Made by a program: the position numbers and the translations under genes. A stretch of DNA of 64,000 nt, taken from Eledone cirrhosa (Eukaryota). The DNA is taken from the NCBI GenBank assembly GCA_964016885.1, contig OZ024741.1, forward strand, positions 62,992,001 through 63,056,000. The letters run 5' to 3'. The notes below the pieces were generated by a model. That model saw nothing but the letters and a program-made list of their open reading frames with translations, was not told the DNA's origin and ran no database searches. Below are positions 14,549 through 28,175 of this stretch, piece by piece; positions within the stretch are counted from its first letter, which is position 1, and every line of letters begins with the position of its first letter.

Positions 14549-15306
14549 TCTATCAATAAACTGATAGAACTGTGCCTATATTTCATACATTCTTGCTCTC
14601 TACATCCTTTACCAAACAAATACAATACAGGACCTTGTTTTTTTACAAGTATTTGGGTCAGATATCCATGACTGATAATTATTGAATAACATCATGGATC
14701 CACACCTGTGTCGGGATTTCGTCTCCATAAATTTATAGGTCTTTTAAAATGTTATGAAAGCGACTCCTTCTTTAATGTGAGACAACATTTTCAGCTTAAG
14801 AAATTTCAATTCAAATATGCTTTTAATCAACCTCGATCAAAAGGAATAAATGTTAAATCATGTCTGTTTGTATCATTTGTATCTCAAGGGAGGCATCCAC
14901 TTTTATATCCACTTCTGTGACTTTATGTGAACAATATAATTTACTCAATTCAACGTTGTTTTGTCTATGTGTGCAGATGCTCGATCTCTCAGAGCGGCAG
15001 CTGACACTTCTTCAAACCATACACTACTATATGAAAAAGGAACCACGCATTCACTAATGTACGCCTATGATTAAAAGCAGATGTGACGGCTTCATCACTA
15101 TTGATAACCCAGGTCTAAGCAATATTTTCCAGCGAATTGAATACGGAATTATGCTAGTTAATTATGACCAGCCAAGTTCACACTATGTACAAATAGTATT
15201 TCCAGACGATAATATTGACTCTATGCAAATGAACATCTCCAGCAAATGTTTATTACAATAGCCTATATAGGCTCTACTCTATATTCATCTCAGTACCGGA
15301 TGAGTG

Positions 15307-15351
15307 TGTCACTGATGAGATAGCAACGAATCTTGAAACATATGTATGACA
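15307..15351 (+). ncRNA. Hammerhead ribozyme
   Basis: TGTCA/TGACA, CTGATGA, GAT..ATC, GAAA-CATATG-TA. Confidence 0.82.
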
Positions 15352-15646
15352 TTCTTAATGGCTACTGAAATATCTGTCACCTTTTCGCTGAGCAAAATGG
15401 AGAAAAATAATTTATTTCATAACGAAAAAATATTTTTGATAGTGAAGCTCTCATATGTTTATCCTATATTAACATATAGTGTATACTTCCATGTACACCT
15501 CTACTATGCGTAACTCTGCCATAGTACTACTCCCAATTAATTATAAAAAGCCAAGGTCTTACTATATGCAATTGAGCATCTACAAAAAATGCTCATCACA
15601 ATCTATATAGGCTCTAGTCGATTTTCATCTGGATACTGGTTACATA

Positions 15647-15695
15647 CATGCCGCTGATGAGATATTAACGAATCTTGAAACAGTTGTCTGGCATG
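15647..15695 (+). ncRNA. Hammerhead ribozyme
   Basis: CATGCCG/TGGCATG, CTGATGA, GAT..ATC, GAAA-CAGTTG-TC. Confidence 0.82.
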
Positions 15696-16402
15696 CCAAG
15701 TAACTACTGAGAAATCTGTGACATGTTCACAGAGCAAATGAGAAAAAAGAACATCTTTATATTCACAACTAAAAATAAATCTTTGATTACCAAAACTATC
15801 ATATGTATGTTGTATATAATCATATAGTATATGTTTTCATTTAATATCTAAGCTGTACTATCGATATTATGGAGTAAACTGTTAAAGTGTGCACTCGAAT
15901 AACTGAAACCAGTAAAAGAATAAAAAGAACATTTTCAGAAAGAAATAAACAAATAAAAATCGATTTTGGTTGATGCAATATATTCATTTTTATTAAATCA
16001 CAATTCAACACAATTTGTAAATATACATTTGTTTACAGAAAAAACAGACAAAACCTCCATAAAAACAATAGTACAAAGTGCTATAAGGGATAGAAAAAAG
16101 CAGTGTTGGGAATAATATTGAATTTAAAATAAGGGCAACTTCAGTAGCAGTGAAAATATAACTGGTGACATTGTAATGATGATGGGAAGATATGATTGAA
16201 TGAATGAAACGACATTACGATATGATTTATGTACATACGTCTATGAGAGGAGAGCATCAGCAGTAGTAAGTCTTATTACGTTGTGTGGCCTATTAATGGA
16301 CATGCATAGTCATATATACAGAGAGATATACAGACGCGTGTGTGCTCACGCGCGCTCATACACACAGACATACATACTTAAACACACACATGCACCCATT
16401 CA

Positions 16403-16600
16403 CGTTTATCCCGGGTTCAATCGGGGGAAACCACAGTAAGTAAGGTACTCAATACATAGCAGCGTATAGATATTTAATATAGAAATCGCTTCTACAGGAC
16501 TATAACTGTTTCATTTGGGAGAAATCATCAGGGCTTCCTGGTGATTTTTTCCTGAATGAAACAGTTATATTCCTGTAGAAGCCATTTCTATATTAAATAT
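16403..16600. mobile_element. Family C fold-back mini-element (HHR + tail), axis at the ribozyme core
   Basis: Arms at 16470-16532 and 16537-16600. The plus-strand HHR has a GGCTTC/GAAGCC stem I. Confidence 0.8.
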
Positions 16601-16621
16601 ATATATATAGAAGAAGAAGAA

Positions 16622-16836
16622 AGGACGATCGACTTTCGTCAAATCGGACCGAGGAAACAATGTTTTCGTCGGTCTTTCCAGTTGCTAATACTATCTATCG
16701 GTCGCAACTCCAGGTAGAAGGAGCAACGTGAAATAAAGTGTCTTGCTCAAGGACATAACGCATCGCCCGGTCCAGGAATCGAACTCACAATCTCAAGATT
16801 GGGAATTCAATTCTCTTACCACTCAGCCACACGCCC
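16622..16836 (-). mobile_element. tRNA-derived SINE with a CORE-like domain
   Basis: A box TGGCTGAGTGG, B box GAGTTCGATTCC, tgtccttgagcaagacactt. A second copy lies at 58710-58924. Confidence 0.85.
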
Positions 16837-16976
16837 TTCACATATATATATATACTTGTTTATAAATGTAATTATGAATAAACACACGTGTGTATATAAA
16901 TATATATATATATATATATACATATATACATATACACATATATAAGCATAATACGCCGTGGTTGGGATTTACATCG

Positions 16977-17014
<38 letters not shown>

Positions 17015-17043
17015 TACAACAATAACAAACAGGTGCCACCTAT

Positions 17044-17177
17044 GATTCCTGATGATTTCTAATGAATGAAACAGTTCTAGTCCTGTAGAATCTCATCTAT
17101 ATTAAAACTGTTATACTCTGCTATGTATTGAGTACCTTACTTACTGTGGTTACCTCCGATTCAACCCGGAATAACGT
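17044..17177 (+). mobile_element. Family C HHR (17044-17092) plus tail
   Basis: GATTC/GAATC, CTGATGA, GAAA-CAG-8nt-CTG-TA. The tail ends at (TA)n. Confidence 0.8.
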
Positions 17178-17197
17178 ATATATATATATATATATGT

Positions 17198-17275
<78 letters not shown>

Positions 17276-17817
17276 CTGTGTGTGTGCCTGTGTGTGTACA
17301 GATGAGGAGTAATAATATATTACTATAGGTGGCACCTGTTTGTTATTGTTGTAATATGCAGAGTGTTTATGTTAAATATGAGAGATCGAAGTCTGAGTTT
17401 AATATATTTTTATTCGTTATTCGTCAACAGATGCAACACGTCTTCGCAATCAACCACCTCGATGACTTAACCCATTACAATAAGTTTCGATTCTGGGATA
17501 TATTTGCCCAATAGACGCAGTGGAATCAAAATCGGAACATGTAGACAAACAACAAAGGAGAACGATACAGTAAACTGATTATATATATTACTTTAACCAT
17601 TGACATAGTAGGAAAATGTTTAGGACATGAGTTCTTCAGCGGAAAGTAAAATGAGTGAGAATATAAAAACAAGGAAAGATAGATGAGATATGAATATAAG
17701 TAGACCTATATATATATATATATATATATACAGTATTTTCCGTTGTGTTGTAATATAAATATTACACACAGTAGATTATCAGCTCACGTAGAGTTTGCTC
17801 GACGGTTCCAGTTGTAG

Positions 17818-17871
<54 letters not shown>

Positions 17872-18106
17872 ATGTGCGTGTGTGTGTGCGCGTGTGAGCG
17901 TGTGTGCGTGTGTGAGCGTGTGTGTGTTTGCGCGCGTGTGAGTGTGTGTCTACGTGTATAATAGGGATGTTTATATGACATAAACATATTTAGAACCTTG
18001 CAAATAACATATGAAAGCAAGTAAGGCTCTCATGAGTTTGTGTATGAATGAATGTATATGAGAATGTATATCTATATGGATAAATACATACACACACAGG
18101 CACATT

Positions 18107-18205
<99 letters not shown>

Positions 18206-18299
18206 ATGTGTAATATATATATATATATATATGAGAAAAAAAACAAAAGATAAAAACTGGATGTCCTACACGGGTGAAAGTATATACAGAGTGACATAT

Positions 18300-18920
18300 A
18301 TACAGAGACACATTGGATGTCAATTCGTGTCCGTGTACCGCCACTTCTTGAACAAAACTGACAGCTATTGGTAAAAACATGTTATTGGGGTTGCTTTCGT
18401 TGATGCCATCTTAGATGGCACACAAATCCAAGAAGAAATTTGCATGTCATAGCACATAATATTCTGGTACGATTCCCGTATGCATGAATTTTATTGGCAT
18501 GGCACGTTTTTGGCGCCATGTTACACACCTTGGTACATAATCCACATGGAAAACCAAGTTGTATGCGGTACCCAAAGGCGTTATTTCTTTGAGTATGATG
18601 TTTGCTACGGATTAGTAGCATAGACCTGATTCCCACGCGGCAAAGTGTCTCTTTCGAACCCCTTTCTGGGAACCAACTAACACCCCCACCACCCCCCATA
18701 TATATAGCGGGTTTCTTCGTTTCAGGATAGTTCCTCTGCTTTACTCAAATTCCTTAACGCAGGCAGCAATCGTATTTCATCTCGGCTCTGTCTGTTGCAA
18801 GATTTTGCCATCTTTTGTATTTATGTTGACCTCCTTCAGGATATATTTCAAGAGTCTTTACAGCGCTTGCTTGGCTTACACTGTACGTATTTGCCTTACA
18901 ACAGTTCGCCATTCAATACA
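18300..18920 (-). pseudogene. Degraded RTE 3' fragment
   Basis: VLNGELL.GK..CKPSKRCKDS aligns with LFYGELVKGKRSPHKPKKRYKDS of the 28-kb RTE. Zinc-finger-like Cys/His remnants follow. Confidence 0.6.
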
Positions 18921-18970
18921 ATACATATATTCATACATACATGCATACATGCATACATACATACATACAT

Positions 18971-19001
<31 letters not shown>

Positions 19002-19080
19002 TACATACATACATACATACATACATACATACATACATACATACATACATACATACATACATACATACACACATACATAC

Positions 19081-19340
19081 ATGATGATGATGGCAACAAG
19101 TCAATTTCAAGTTATGCTATCGCTTGTAACTTAAGCATGAGCATCACTGACGTGGCTTTTTAGTCTTGCTAAGGACTTGCTAAGGACCAGCAACAACATG
19201 CATCGCAAAAAATGTCACATATCAAGCTATGCCTGCGCTTGAAGCTTTTAAGCGAAGAAAGGCTTTGCACGGGGTCAATCCCAACATCGAATGCATTTGC
19301 TCAAAAAGAAGAACTAGTCTACATCATTAGAAGGAAACGA
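19081..19340 (-). mobile_element. RTE 3' end fragment anchored in (ATGT)n
   Basis: KSLARLKSHV zinc-finger end and a gccatcatcat(gtat)n tail. Confidence 0.7.
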
Positions 19341-19773
19341 AGTCACAGGTTTTATATCAGAGTGACCTTCTTCTAGAGGGATGTCTTAATAAAGACTAGA
19401 TATCTCTCGCTCCACACACACACACACAGATGCACACATCATGTATATAACGACAATCTTCTCCCTTTCTTGGATGACCACATTCTCCTCCCCATTTTTC
19501 TTTCCTAATAAGTTCCTATCGAAGTTATAAAACAATATTACAAAACCACGACTCCATCTCACTCCCTCTGGGGAAGGACTTACCCCGCATGAACACAACG
19601 AATAAACTAAAATCCAATGAAGGATTGACCGTATACGCATGTAAATCGGAAACTCCACAGTCATGTGGCTGAAAAAACAAAATTCATCAATGGGCGTATG
19701 AACTCTGGAGAATCAGCTGCAGTTCAATAACCTGTATATATGTTTGGGCCCGTATATACATGTTTATGTAAAT

Positions 19774-19814
<41 letters not shown>

Positions 19815-19816
<2 letters not shown>

Positions 19817-22089
19817 CAAAGAGATATTTAATTTGTTGGTAATTCAACAAATATATTTATAACAGATTCAAAGCACTCGACAAGTTTTCTGGAGTATAAT
19901 ATCAATGATATTAATAAATGGAAACTATATTTATAAAACGATATTTATTCTATTATATATATTTCAAGGGTACCAAAATTTTGGTACGCTCTCATCAGAT
20001 AAAATACAAAATTTGTTTTATAAATAGTGACATACCCAGGAATCAGACCTTAACGATTCAGGTTCTGTTTGGATAGTGAGAGGAGAGAGGAAAAAAGAAA
20101 AAAGAAAAAAGAAAAAAGAAAAAAGAAAAAAGAAAAAAGAAAAAAGAAAAAAGAAAAAAAGAAAAAAGAAAAAAGAAAAAAGAAAAAAGAAAAAAGAAAA
20201 AAGAAAAAAGAAAAAAGAAAAAAGAAAAAAGAAAAAAGAAAAAAGAAAAAAGAAAAAATGAAAAAGAACAAATATTTCAAATTATGTTGATGAATATGCA
20301 AATAAAGTTGAAGCGTAAAAAAATCGTTATTTTTAGACGCTAGGTAGATTTCAATAATTATTAGGATATATAAAGAAGAAAGAGAAGTTTATATTAATAT
20401 TAGAGTGTACGTGAATTTACAAATTAAAACGTTAAAAATTAAAAGTTTGTTGAAGTGGTAGAATATCAATCCAGAAATTTAAAATATAACTAAAGCATGA
20501 GTTATAATATTATATATATAATCATTATAATTAGATTATATGAAGAATTATGGTTGTAAGTACACTTTATCTTATTATATTACAACAGGTTATAAATATA
20601 TAAATATCTATATAGATAAATAGATATATAAATATGAAAATTATTGGTGATTATATATTCTGTTATTTTTAATAGATATATAACACACATATTAATTTGT
20701 TTACATTTTCAATATATATTACGAAGGATGTTGAGTTTACATTTTGAATATATAGTTATGAAAGAGACGTAGTTCAAAATTTTAGTATAGAGGAAAACAT
20801 TTTGAGGAAAACAGTATAGAGGAAAACATTTTGTATATTCAAATAGTTTCATCAAAGATTGAAAATATTTAGAGAAAATTATTAAGTTAACGAAATTACA
20901 TAGAATTTAGTATATATATTATTGTTACGAAGAATGTCTATGTTTGCTTCATTATAAAGGAAAAGATAACTCCAATATTAGTTGTTAAACTATTAACGTT
21001 AGATTTGTCGTATATTTAGAATTTACTTAGAATATGCGGAATGTATGTAGTGTAAGATTATAAGGTATTTTATATTACATATTTTCAAGGATGAGAATTT
21101 CAATTATATATGTATTTAGATACTATCTACGACGATACATGTGTGAAAAGTTTAAAGAAAGAAAAAAATATTATTAGAGACGTCATGAGCGTATTTAGAA
21201 AACTACCATAAAAAAGGATATCATTCAAAATATCAATTAAAAAATATCAATCTAAAAAAAAACATTAAGAAGAGTAGAATTGAATCAAACTACCCTTTAC
21301 AGAATAATTGCTTAGATAAAAACTTATTATACAAATGCTCAGTAAAAACTAAAAACAAAATATTTAACTATATAGGAGCCACTTCTACAAAATTCAAAGA
21401 ACGCTGATATAATCACAAACATACATTTAATAGATCCCATAAACAATCTTCCACATCACTTTCACATCTAATTAGGTATTTAAAGGACAATAATATAGAC
21501 TATTCAATCTCTTGGGGAACGATTTCGCATACCGAAATATGGCTCTTTCAAGAATTTGTCATTTGTGTACCGAAGAAATTTTTTATATACTTAACTGCCA
21601 AAATTCTATAAATTAAAAAAATGAGATATTCAGTTCTTGCAGGCATCGCCAAAAAACAACTTTCCGGAGTATTTTTAATCTATAATATTCATTTCACTTG
21701 ACCACATCTTATATGTCTTTACAATGCTTCTGGCGATGTTTAGTGGTGTATTTTTAATGATTTTTTTAAAATGATATTTTAAATGATTTTTTCCTTTTTC
21801 TTCTTAAATTAATATTTTTACCAATGATATTCTTTTCCAAATGATACTCCAAAATAATTTGAAATATTTGTTCTTTTTTCCTTTCTTCCTTGTTTTTATT
21901 TTTTCCTCTCTTCTCTCACTATCCGAACAGAACGTGAACCATTAAGGTCTGATTCTTGGGTATGTTACTATTTATTAAAAAAAATTTGTATTTTATTTGA
22001 TGAGAGCGTACCAAAATTTGGAACCCTTGAAGTATATATAATAGAATAAATATGGTTTTATAAATATAGTTTCCACTTATTAATATCAT

Positions 22090-22095
<6 letters not shown>
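19815..22095. mobile_element. PLE remnant bounded by inverted pLTRs (family D HHR)
   Basis: ~19900-20290 is inverted at ~21850-22095. Intact HHR at 19948-20004(-) and mutated HHR at 21991-22046(+). GIY-YIG remnant at 21290-21680(+): PLQNNCLDKNLLYKC..NYIGATSTKFKER. Confidence 0.85.
20090..20257 (+). repeat. (AAAAAAG)n heptamer microsatellite
   Basis: Read directly from the sequence. Confidence 0.95.
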
Positions 22096-22175
<80 letters not shown>

Positions 22176-22178
<3 letters not shown>

Positions 22179-22740
22179 TTATTCCGGGTTGAATCGGAGG
22201 TAACCACAGTAAGTAAGGTACTCAATACATTGCAGAGTATAACAGTTTTAATATAGATGAGATTCTACAGGACTATAACTGTTTCATTCTTTAGAAATCA
22301 TCAGGAATCTGGGTATCAACAAATAAGTATGGTATTTATAGGTCTCTACAAGTGGTAGGAGAGGGTGGGGAGTGGGATGGGTGTAGGTCATTGGTTGATA
22401 GAAAAGGGAATTCATTAAAAGCTAATTCTACAGAGCTATAGTTTATTTTTATTTTTAGAGTAACAAAGGCAGAAAGAATTCTATAAACAGGTTCAGGATG
22501 GGGTGCCACTCTTTATTATTAAGTTTCTCTTAAGCTAACAGGTGTCTATAAGATCAGTGGGGGTCAGTCATGGTAAATAGATTTAAAGGAAAGGGAGATT
22601 CTTTAAAAGCAAAACTCTTTAAGGTTTTACTAAGTGACAAAGGTTTAGAGAATTCTGTAGACAAATTCAAAATATTGAGTGCATATCATACAATTATCTT
22701 CAAATTTCTCTTAAACTATTCAACTATATGCCAAAAATCA
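22176..22740 (-). mobile_element. Family C element with a complete HHR (22260-22310) and upstream parent sequence
   Basis: AGATTC/GAATCT stem I, CTGATGA, GAAA-CAG..CTG-TA. Tail nearly identical to 17093-17177. Confidence 0.75.
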
Positions 22741-22822
22741 ACAGACACATTCACAAACACACTCACTCACACACTCGCGCGAACCCATAAACACACACAC
22801 ATACACATATACATATATATAT

Positions 22823-22903
<81 letters not shown>

Positions 22904-22921
22904 CATATATATATATACATA

Positions 22922-22997
<76 letters not shown>

Positions 22998-23037
22998 CAT
23001 ATATATATATATATACATACACACACATACATACACA

Positions 23038-23078
<41 letters not shown>

Positions 23079-23267
23079 TACACATATATACATATATACA
23101 CATACATATATATATACACACACACACATATATATATACACACACACACACATATACATATAATGCGATGAAATACCAATGATCGTTGGCAAATCGCTGA
23201 TGAGGGACTAATTTTATAATATGTAATCCATGTGCAACCATGCAGTATTCTTCTCCCCATATTTTTC

Positions 23268-23359
<92 letters not shown>

Positions 23360-23438
23360 CACACACATATATATATATATACACACAAATATACACACAC
23401 ATACGTACACACATACACACATACGTATACATAAATAA

Positions 23439-23481
<43 letters not shown>

Positions 23482-23516
23482 TACATACATACACCTACAT
23501 ATAACCATATACACAC

Positions 23517-23575
<59 letters not shown>

Positions 23576-23718
23576 CACACATACATAAACTTACATATAT
23601 ACACATATACACACATATATACACACAAAAATATATATACACATATACACATACACATACATATATAAACACATATATACATACATATATATATATATAT
23701 ATACATATATATACATAT

Positions 23719-23789
<71 letters not shown>

Positions 23790-23912
23790 CATACACACAT
23801 ATATATACATATATATATACATATATATACATATATATATACATATACACATACACATATACATATATATATATATATACGCATATACACACATACACAT
23901 ATACACACACAC

Positions 23913-23963
<51 letters not shown>

Positions 23964-24000
23964 TACACATACATACACACACACATATACACATATATAC

Positions 24001-24035
<35 letters not shown>

Positions 24036-24262
24036 ATATATAAGAACAAAAGATGGTTAAAAGAGTTCCATGTATTTTATTATGCGCATTTCAAAAACAA
24101 ATATCATCATGCACATGAAATGCGCATAATAAAATACATGGAACTCTTTTAACCATCTTTTGTTCTTATATATTATGTATACTCCAGTCCTACACACTGT
24201 AGAGTGCTTCTTATCTGATATCTGCATTGCTTTATTGTACTACAATAAAACTCACCTCCTAC

Positions 24263-24341
<79 letters not shown>

Positions 24342-24356
24342 TATATATATATATAC

Positions 24357-24447
<91 letters not shown>

Positions 24448-24660
24448 CATATATATACACATATACACATATATATATACACACACATACACACATATAC
24501 ACATATATACACACACACACATATATACACATATATATATATGTGTACACATACACATACATACACATACATATACATACACATACATATACACACATAC
24601 ACACAAATATATACACATACAAATAAGTACTCAATAAATATACGCATATACACAGGCACA
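22740..24660. repeat. Compound (TA)n/(CA)n microsatellite block
   Basis: Read directly from the sequence; two small inserts interrupt it. Confidence 0.95.
24038..24264. mobile_element. Family D2 fold-back mini-element with its axis in HHR stem II, plus tail
   Basis: Palindrome 24038-24172 containing GAAATGCGCATAATAAAA. The tail matches 57899-57990. Confidence 0.8.
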
Positions 24661-25932
24661 TAAAAACAGCTCTACAGGCAGAAAATGCAGATAGGTAAGA
24701 GGTACTTACATAACCATAGTGGCCGTATTTCAGGTTGAGGAGGGGTGGGGGTAGGGTGGGAAGGAGGTATAGGGCCAATAGGAAGAGGTCGTTTTTAGCT
24801 ATCGGGCTTTAACACTGGCTTAAAGTATTTGAAAGTTGCAAAGTTCCTGTGCATGCAGTTCGGGCAGTGTTCAGAGAGTTTGTTCTGTAGCGGGCCCTTG
24901 GCGAATAAAATTTCGTAGCTCTCTGAGATACAAAGGTCGCAGCCCTTGTGTCCTCCGTTGTAAGAGCGCGCTTTCTGGAGTATTTTCCATTTAAGCGTGA
25001 AGGAGGTGGGTTCCTTTTGAGGTCCCAAACATAGGAGGCGAGTGTTGTCTGGTTTGATTTATGCGGTTTACTGAAGGAGTGGGTATGGGCATGCCAACGG
25101 GTCTTAAAGTTGTTGGAGGTCATTCCGATGTAAGTTTTTTTTGCAATCATCGGTGCCTGAGATGACATCGCATTTGTATACGATATCATTTGTGAGGCAT
25201 TTGTTTTCAAGTGGGCATGCTTCCTTATTTAGGCAATTACACAGAGCCCCAGTCCGGGGATTGGGTTCGGAGGTGGTTAGCTTATTTAACTTTTTAGAAT
25301 TGTGGTTGGCTATATTCCTAGCTAGGTTAGGTGTGGTGGAGTAGGAGAGTCTTATTGTGTTCTTATTAAAGATGGTGTGGTACCTATGTTGTATGGGGAA
25401 GTGTAATTTCAGCAAAGTGCAGAAAATCCTAGCTATCGGTGTAGAGACCACTCTATTGAAGGGAGGGTTGTACCAGCTAATCTGCCTATGTCTATTCCTC
25501 CTCCGCATCTTGCGGTGGTTTCTAGGTATGTTATCTTTTCTTTAAATCCGCTGCGGGCGAGGGTGTCATTGTAGTAGGAGGCAGATGCATTAAAAATAGA
25601 ATATCTGGCGGAGAGGCCAGATATTCTAATAGAGACGCTTTTTACTAGGTTATCAGTGATGTTTTGGGGGTGGTTTGAATTAACATTAATATATCTAAGG
25701 GACTCGTTAGGTTTGTGGTACGGGTAATAGAGGGAAGTATCTAGGTCGAGAGTGACATATAAGAAGTTGGCCCTAGTCAAATTAGATTCTATAGTTATAC
25801 TAAATCCTAGATTAGAGAAGAATGAGCTTAAGTTTTTCCGAAACCCATCGGTGTTTTGGGGGTTAACCTTATGCAGGGCGAAGAGGCCGTCTTCTCGGTA
25901 TAAACCTCCGGTTAGGCCGGTAAAGAGGTTCG
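24660..25932 (-). pseudogene. 5'-truncated PLE (RT end + GIY-YIG)
   Basis: GGLYREDG, NSNHP, WYNPPF, CNCLNKEACPLENKCL, TYIGMTSNNFKTRWHAHTHSF, LKW, CDLC and CMHR. Confidence 0.92.
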
Positions 25933-25983
25933 ATAAAGAGGTCGATAAAATAAATAAGAGGTTCGATAAAGAGGTTCGATAAA

Positions 25984-26300
25984 GAGGTCGATAAAATAAA
26001 GTACCAGTAATGTACTGGGTAATTGCTGGCCTTGTGTCTAAAGTAGAAACAATTATATTATATTTTATTATGTTATATTATATTAGCAGTATCGTTAGAG
26101 GGTCGGGCGCCATGCTTTGCAGCATAGAATCACGGCCCTTGCCATTCTGAGTTCAAATCCCACCAAGGTTAACTTTGCCTTTCATCCTTACGGGATCGAT
26201 AATATAAAGTAGCAGTAACGTACTGGCGTCGATTTATTCGAGACCCGCCCCCAAACTACTGGCCTTGTGCCTCTACTAGAAATCCTTATATTATATTATA
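25984..26300 (+). mobile_element. Two adjacent Nin/Deu-like tRNA SINE copies (3' fragment, then a near-full copy)
   Basis: B box gagttcaaatcc, ctttgcctttcatcc, gtcgataaaataaagtaccag and a ctggccttgtgcct tail. Confidence 0.8.
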
Positions 26301-26384
26301 TCATATGCAGATAACCAGATAGGGAATTTTAACTCTCGAAGTACTCTCAGGCAAGCCCTCATCATCCTGAAGGCGGAGTATATG

Positions 26385-26604
26385 CAGTGAAGATTAAATA
26401 TGCAAAATGGGATTTTATAACAATTTATTCGGAAATTTTCCATTCATCCAGAGCTGGATAAAAATAATGTTCGGAGGTCCATCTGAAGATGCCGGATTGA
26501 AACTATAGAACCAGCACTCAGCATAGTCGTCAAGCCCGTCGAAATATTTATAATATAAAATTTCCGAATTTCTTGTAAAAAACCATTTGCATACTTATTC
26601 TTCA

Positions 26605-26606
<2 letters not shown>
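26385..26606. repeat. Fold-back element with a degenerate long-stem-II HHR
   Basis: 26385-26440 is inverted at 26557-26606. CTGAAGA at ~26483 through CGAAA at ~26540. Confidence 0.5.
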
Positions 26607-26646
<40 letters not shown>

Positions 26647-26691
26647 CCCCCCACACCCACACACACACATATGCATGTACATACATACTAT

Positions 26692-27094
26692 ATGGTGGCT
26701 GCCAACTCGTTTTCGAGTACGGCCACTACTTTATATCCATGTAGGAGAACCCCTACCGATGCGCTGAACGAGTGTGACTTTTTAGTCCAGCCAGTGACTT
26801 GAAAACTCTGGTACAAACACTACACTTGTGACAATTATTGACACATAGTGCTGGGCCAATGGTACCATGTGATGACAAGTGCAGAGAGATCTCCAGATAT
26901 AAAGCAATGCCTGTGCCGTGAAGCTTTTATGGTGAGCAAAGGCACTGCACAAAGCCAGTCCCACTCTCTTAACCAAGATGATATTTACCAAAAAGAAGAA
27001 CAAGTCAACATCATTGGATACCATCAGGGTTGCAGGTGTTATATCAGAGTTTTCCTTCTCCTAGAATTCTGTCTTGACAATCTCTCCCGGTGAT
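26692..27094 (-). mobile_element. Non-autonomous RTE derivative, 5'-truncated
   Basis: Near-identical reverse complement of 27707-28120. Confidence 0.85.
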
Positions 27095-27437
27095 ATGGTA
27101 CAATCTAAAGTTAGGAACCGAACTATTTTGCAAATTCGAAGATTCACGTGCCTTTAAGAAGTGAGTTGCGGATAAGAATAGATTAGCTTCGTCAAAAGCA
27201 CTAACTCGCATTTCATTTTCATTTTTTAACATGAATAAAATAAAATCAGAGAAGGTGAGTAAGACATATTGCTGGAAATGTTCGGTGTAGTGGGACGAAG
27301 TCTTTATGAATATACATTACAGTAATATATTGGAGGAGATAAAATGTGATTAACATGAATCGTAAATATGATCGTAGACTATAAGATTTCATGATTGAAC
27401 ACAATGCTTTTGAAGTAGAATACGTTTTGATTTTTCA

Positions 27438-27468
<31 letters not shown>

Positions 27469-27513
27469 TGTATGTATGTATGTATGTATGTATGTATGTA
27501 TGTATGTATGTAT

Positions 27514-28120
27514 GTCAGGTCACCAGTTGGTGCTACATGTAACATGTATCCCAGTACAACCTGTCTCATGGTCGGGTCGTTGGCGACTAAACTGGCAACC
27601 CCACCAAGGTTTCTTGGTGAGGAGGGTGACTTTGGACATCCTGCAGGACTAAAAACAAAACCTGTCAAAGGGCAAAGGAGCTCTTAAGATTCAATGGCCA
27701 TCCAAAATCACCGGGAGAGATGACCCCTTAGCCTTTGTCAAGGCAGAATTCTAGGAGAAGGAAAACTCTGATATAACACCTGCAACCCTGATGGTATCCA
27801 ATGATATTGACTTGTTCTTCTTTTTGGTAAATATCATCTTGATTAAGAGAGTGGGACTGGCTTTGTGCAGTGCTTTGCTCACTATAAAAGCTTCACGGCA
27901 CAGGCATTGCTTTATATCTGGAGATCTCTCTGCACTTGTCGTCACATGGTACCATGGGCCCAGCACTATGTGTCAATAATTGTCACAAGTGTAGTGTTTG
28001 TACCAGAGTTTTCAAGTCGCTGGCTGGACTAAAAAGTCACAGTCGTTCAGCGCATCGGTAGGGTTCTCCTACATGGATATAAAGTAGTGGTCATACTCGA
28101 AAACGAGTTGGCTGCCACCA
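27514..28120 (+). mobile_element. Bipartite non-autonomous RTE derivative
   Basis: The 5' head is shared with 32133. The 3' part encodes CSVCTRVFKSLAGLKSH and ends in a ctcg-aaaa-cgag hairpin and ccaccat(gtat)n. Confidence 0.85.
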
Positions 28121-28175
28121 TGTATGTATGTATGTATGTATGTATTTATTTATTTATTTTATTTTTTTTTTTTTT

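Larger units (their letters stand above)
15262..15850 (+). repeat. Diverged ~342-bp tandem repeat, each unit with an HHR
   Basis: ctatataggctcta occurs at ~15263 and ~15603. HHRs at 15307-15351 and 15647-15695. Confidence 0.8.

Noticed and set aside
16750-16836. tRNA gene
   Set aside because: A/B boxes are present but continue into a SINE body, and there is no intact cloverleaf.
20050-20301. Lys-rich and Phe-rich ORFs
   Set aside because: These are translations of the (AAAAAAG)n repeat.
23190-23260. CTGATGAG HHR half-site (also at 55500)
   Set aside because: No matching GAAA...UH half is present; at best these are decayed remnants.
22570-24778. Long YI/HT/CV-repeat ORFs here and throughout the window
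   Set aside because: These are translations of (TA)n, (CA)n and (ATGT)n microsatellites.
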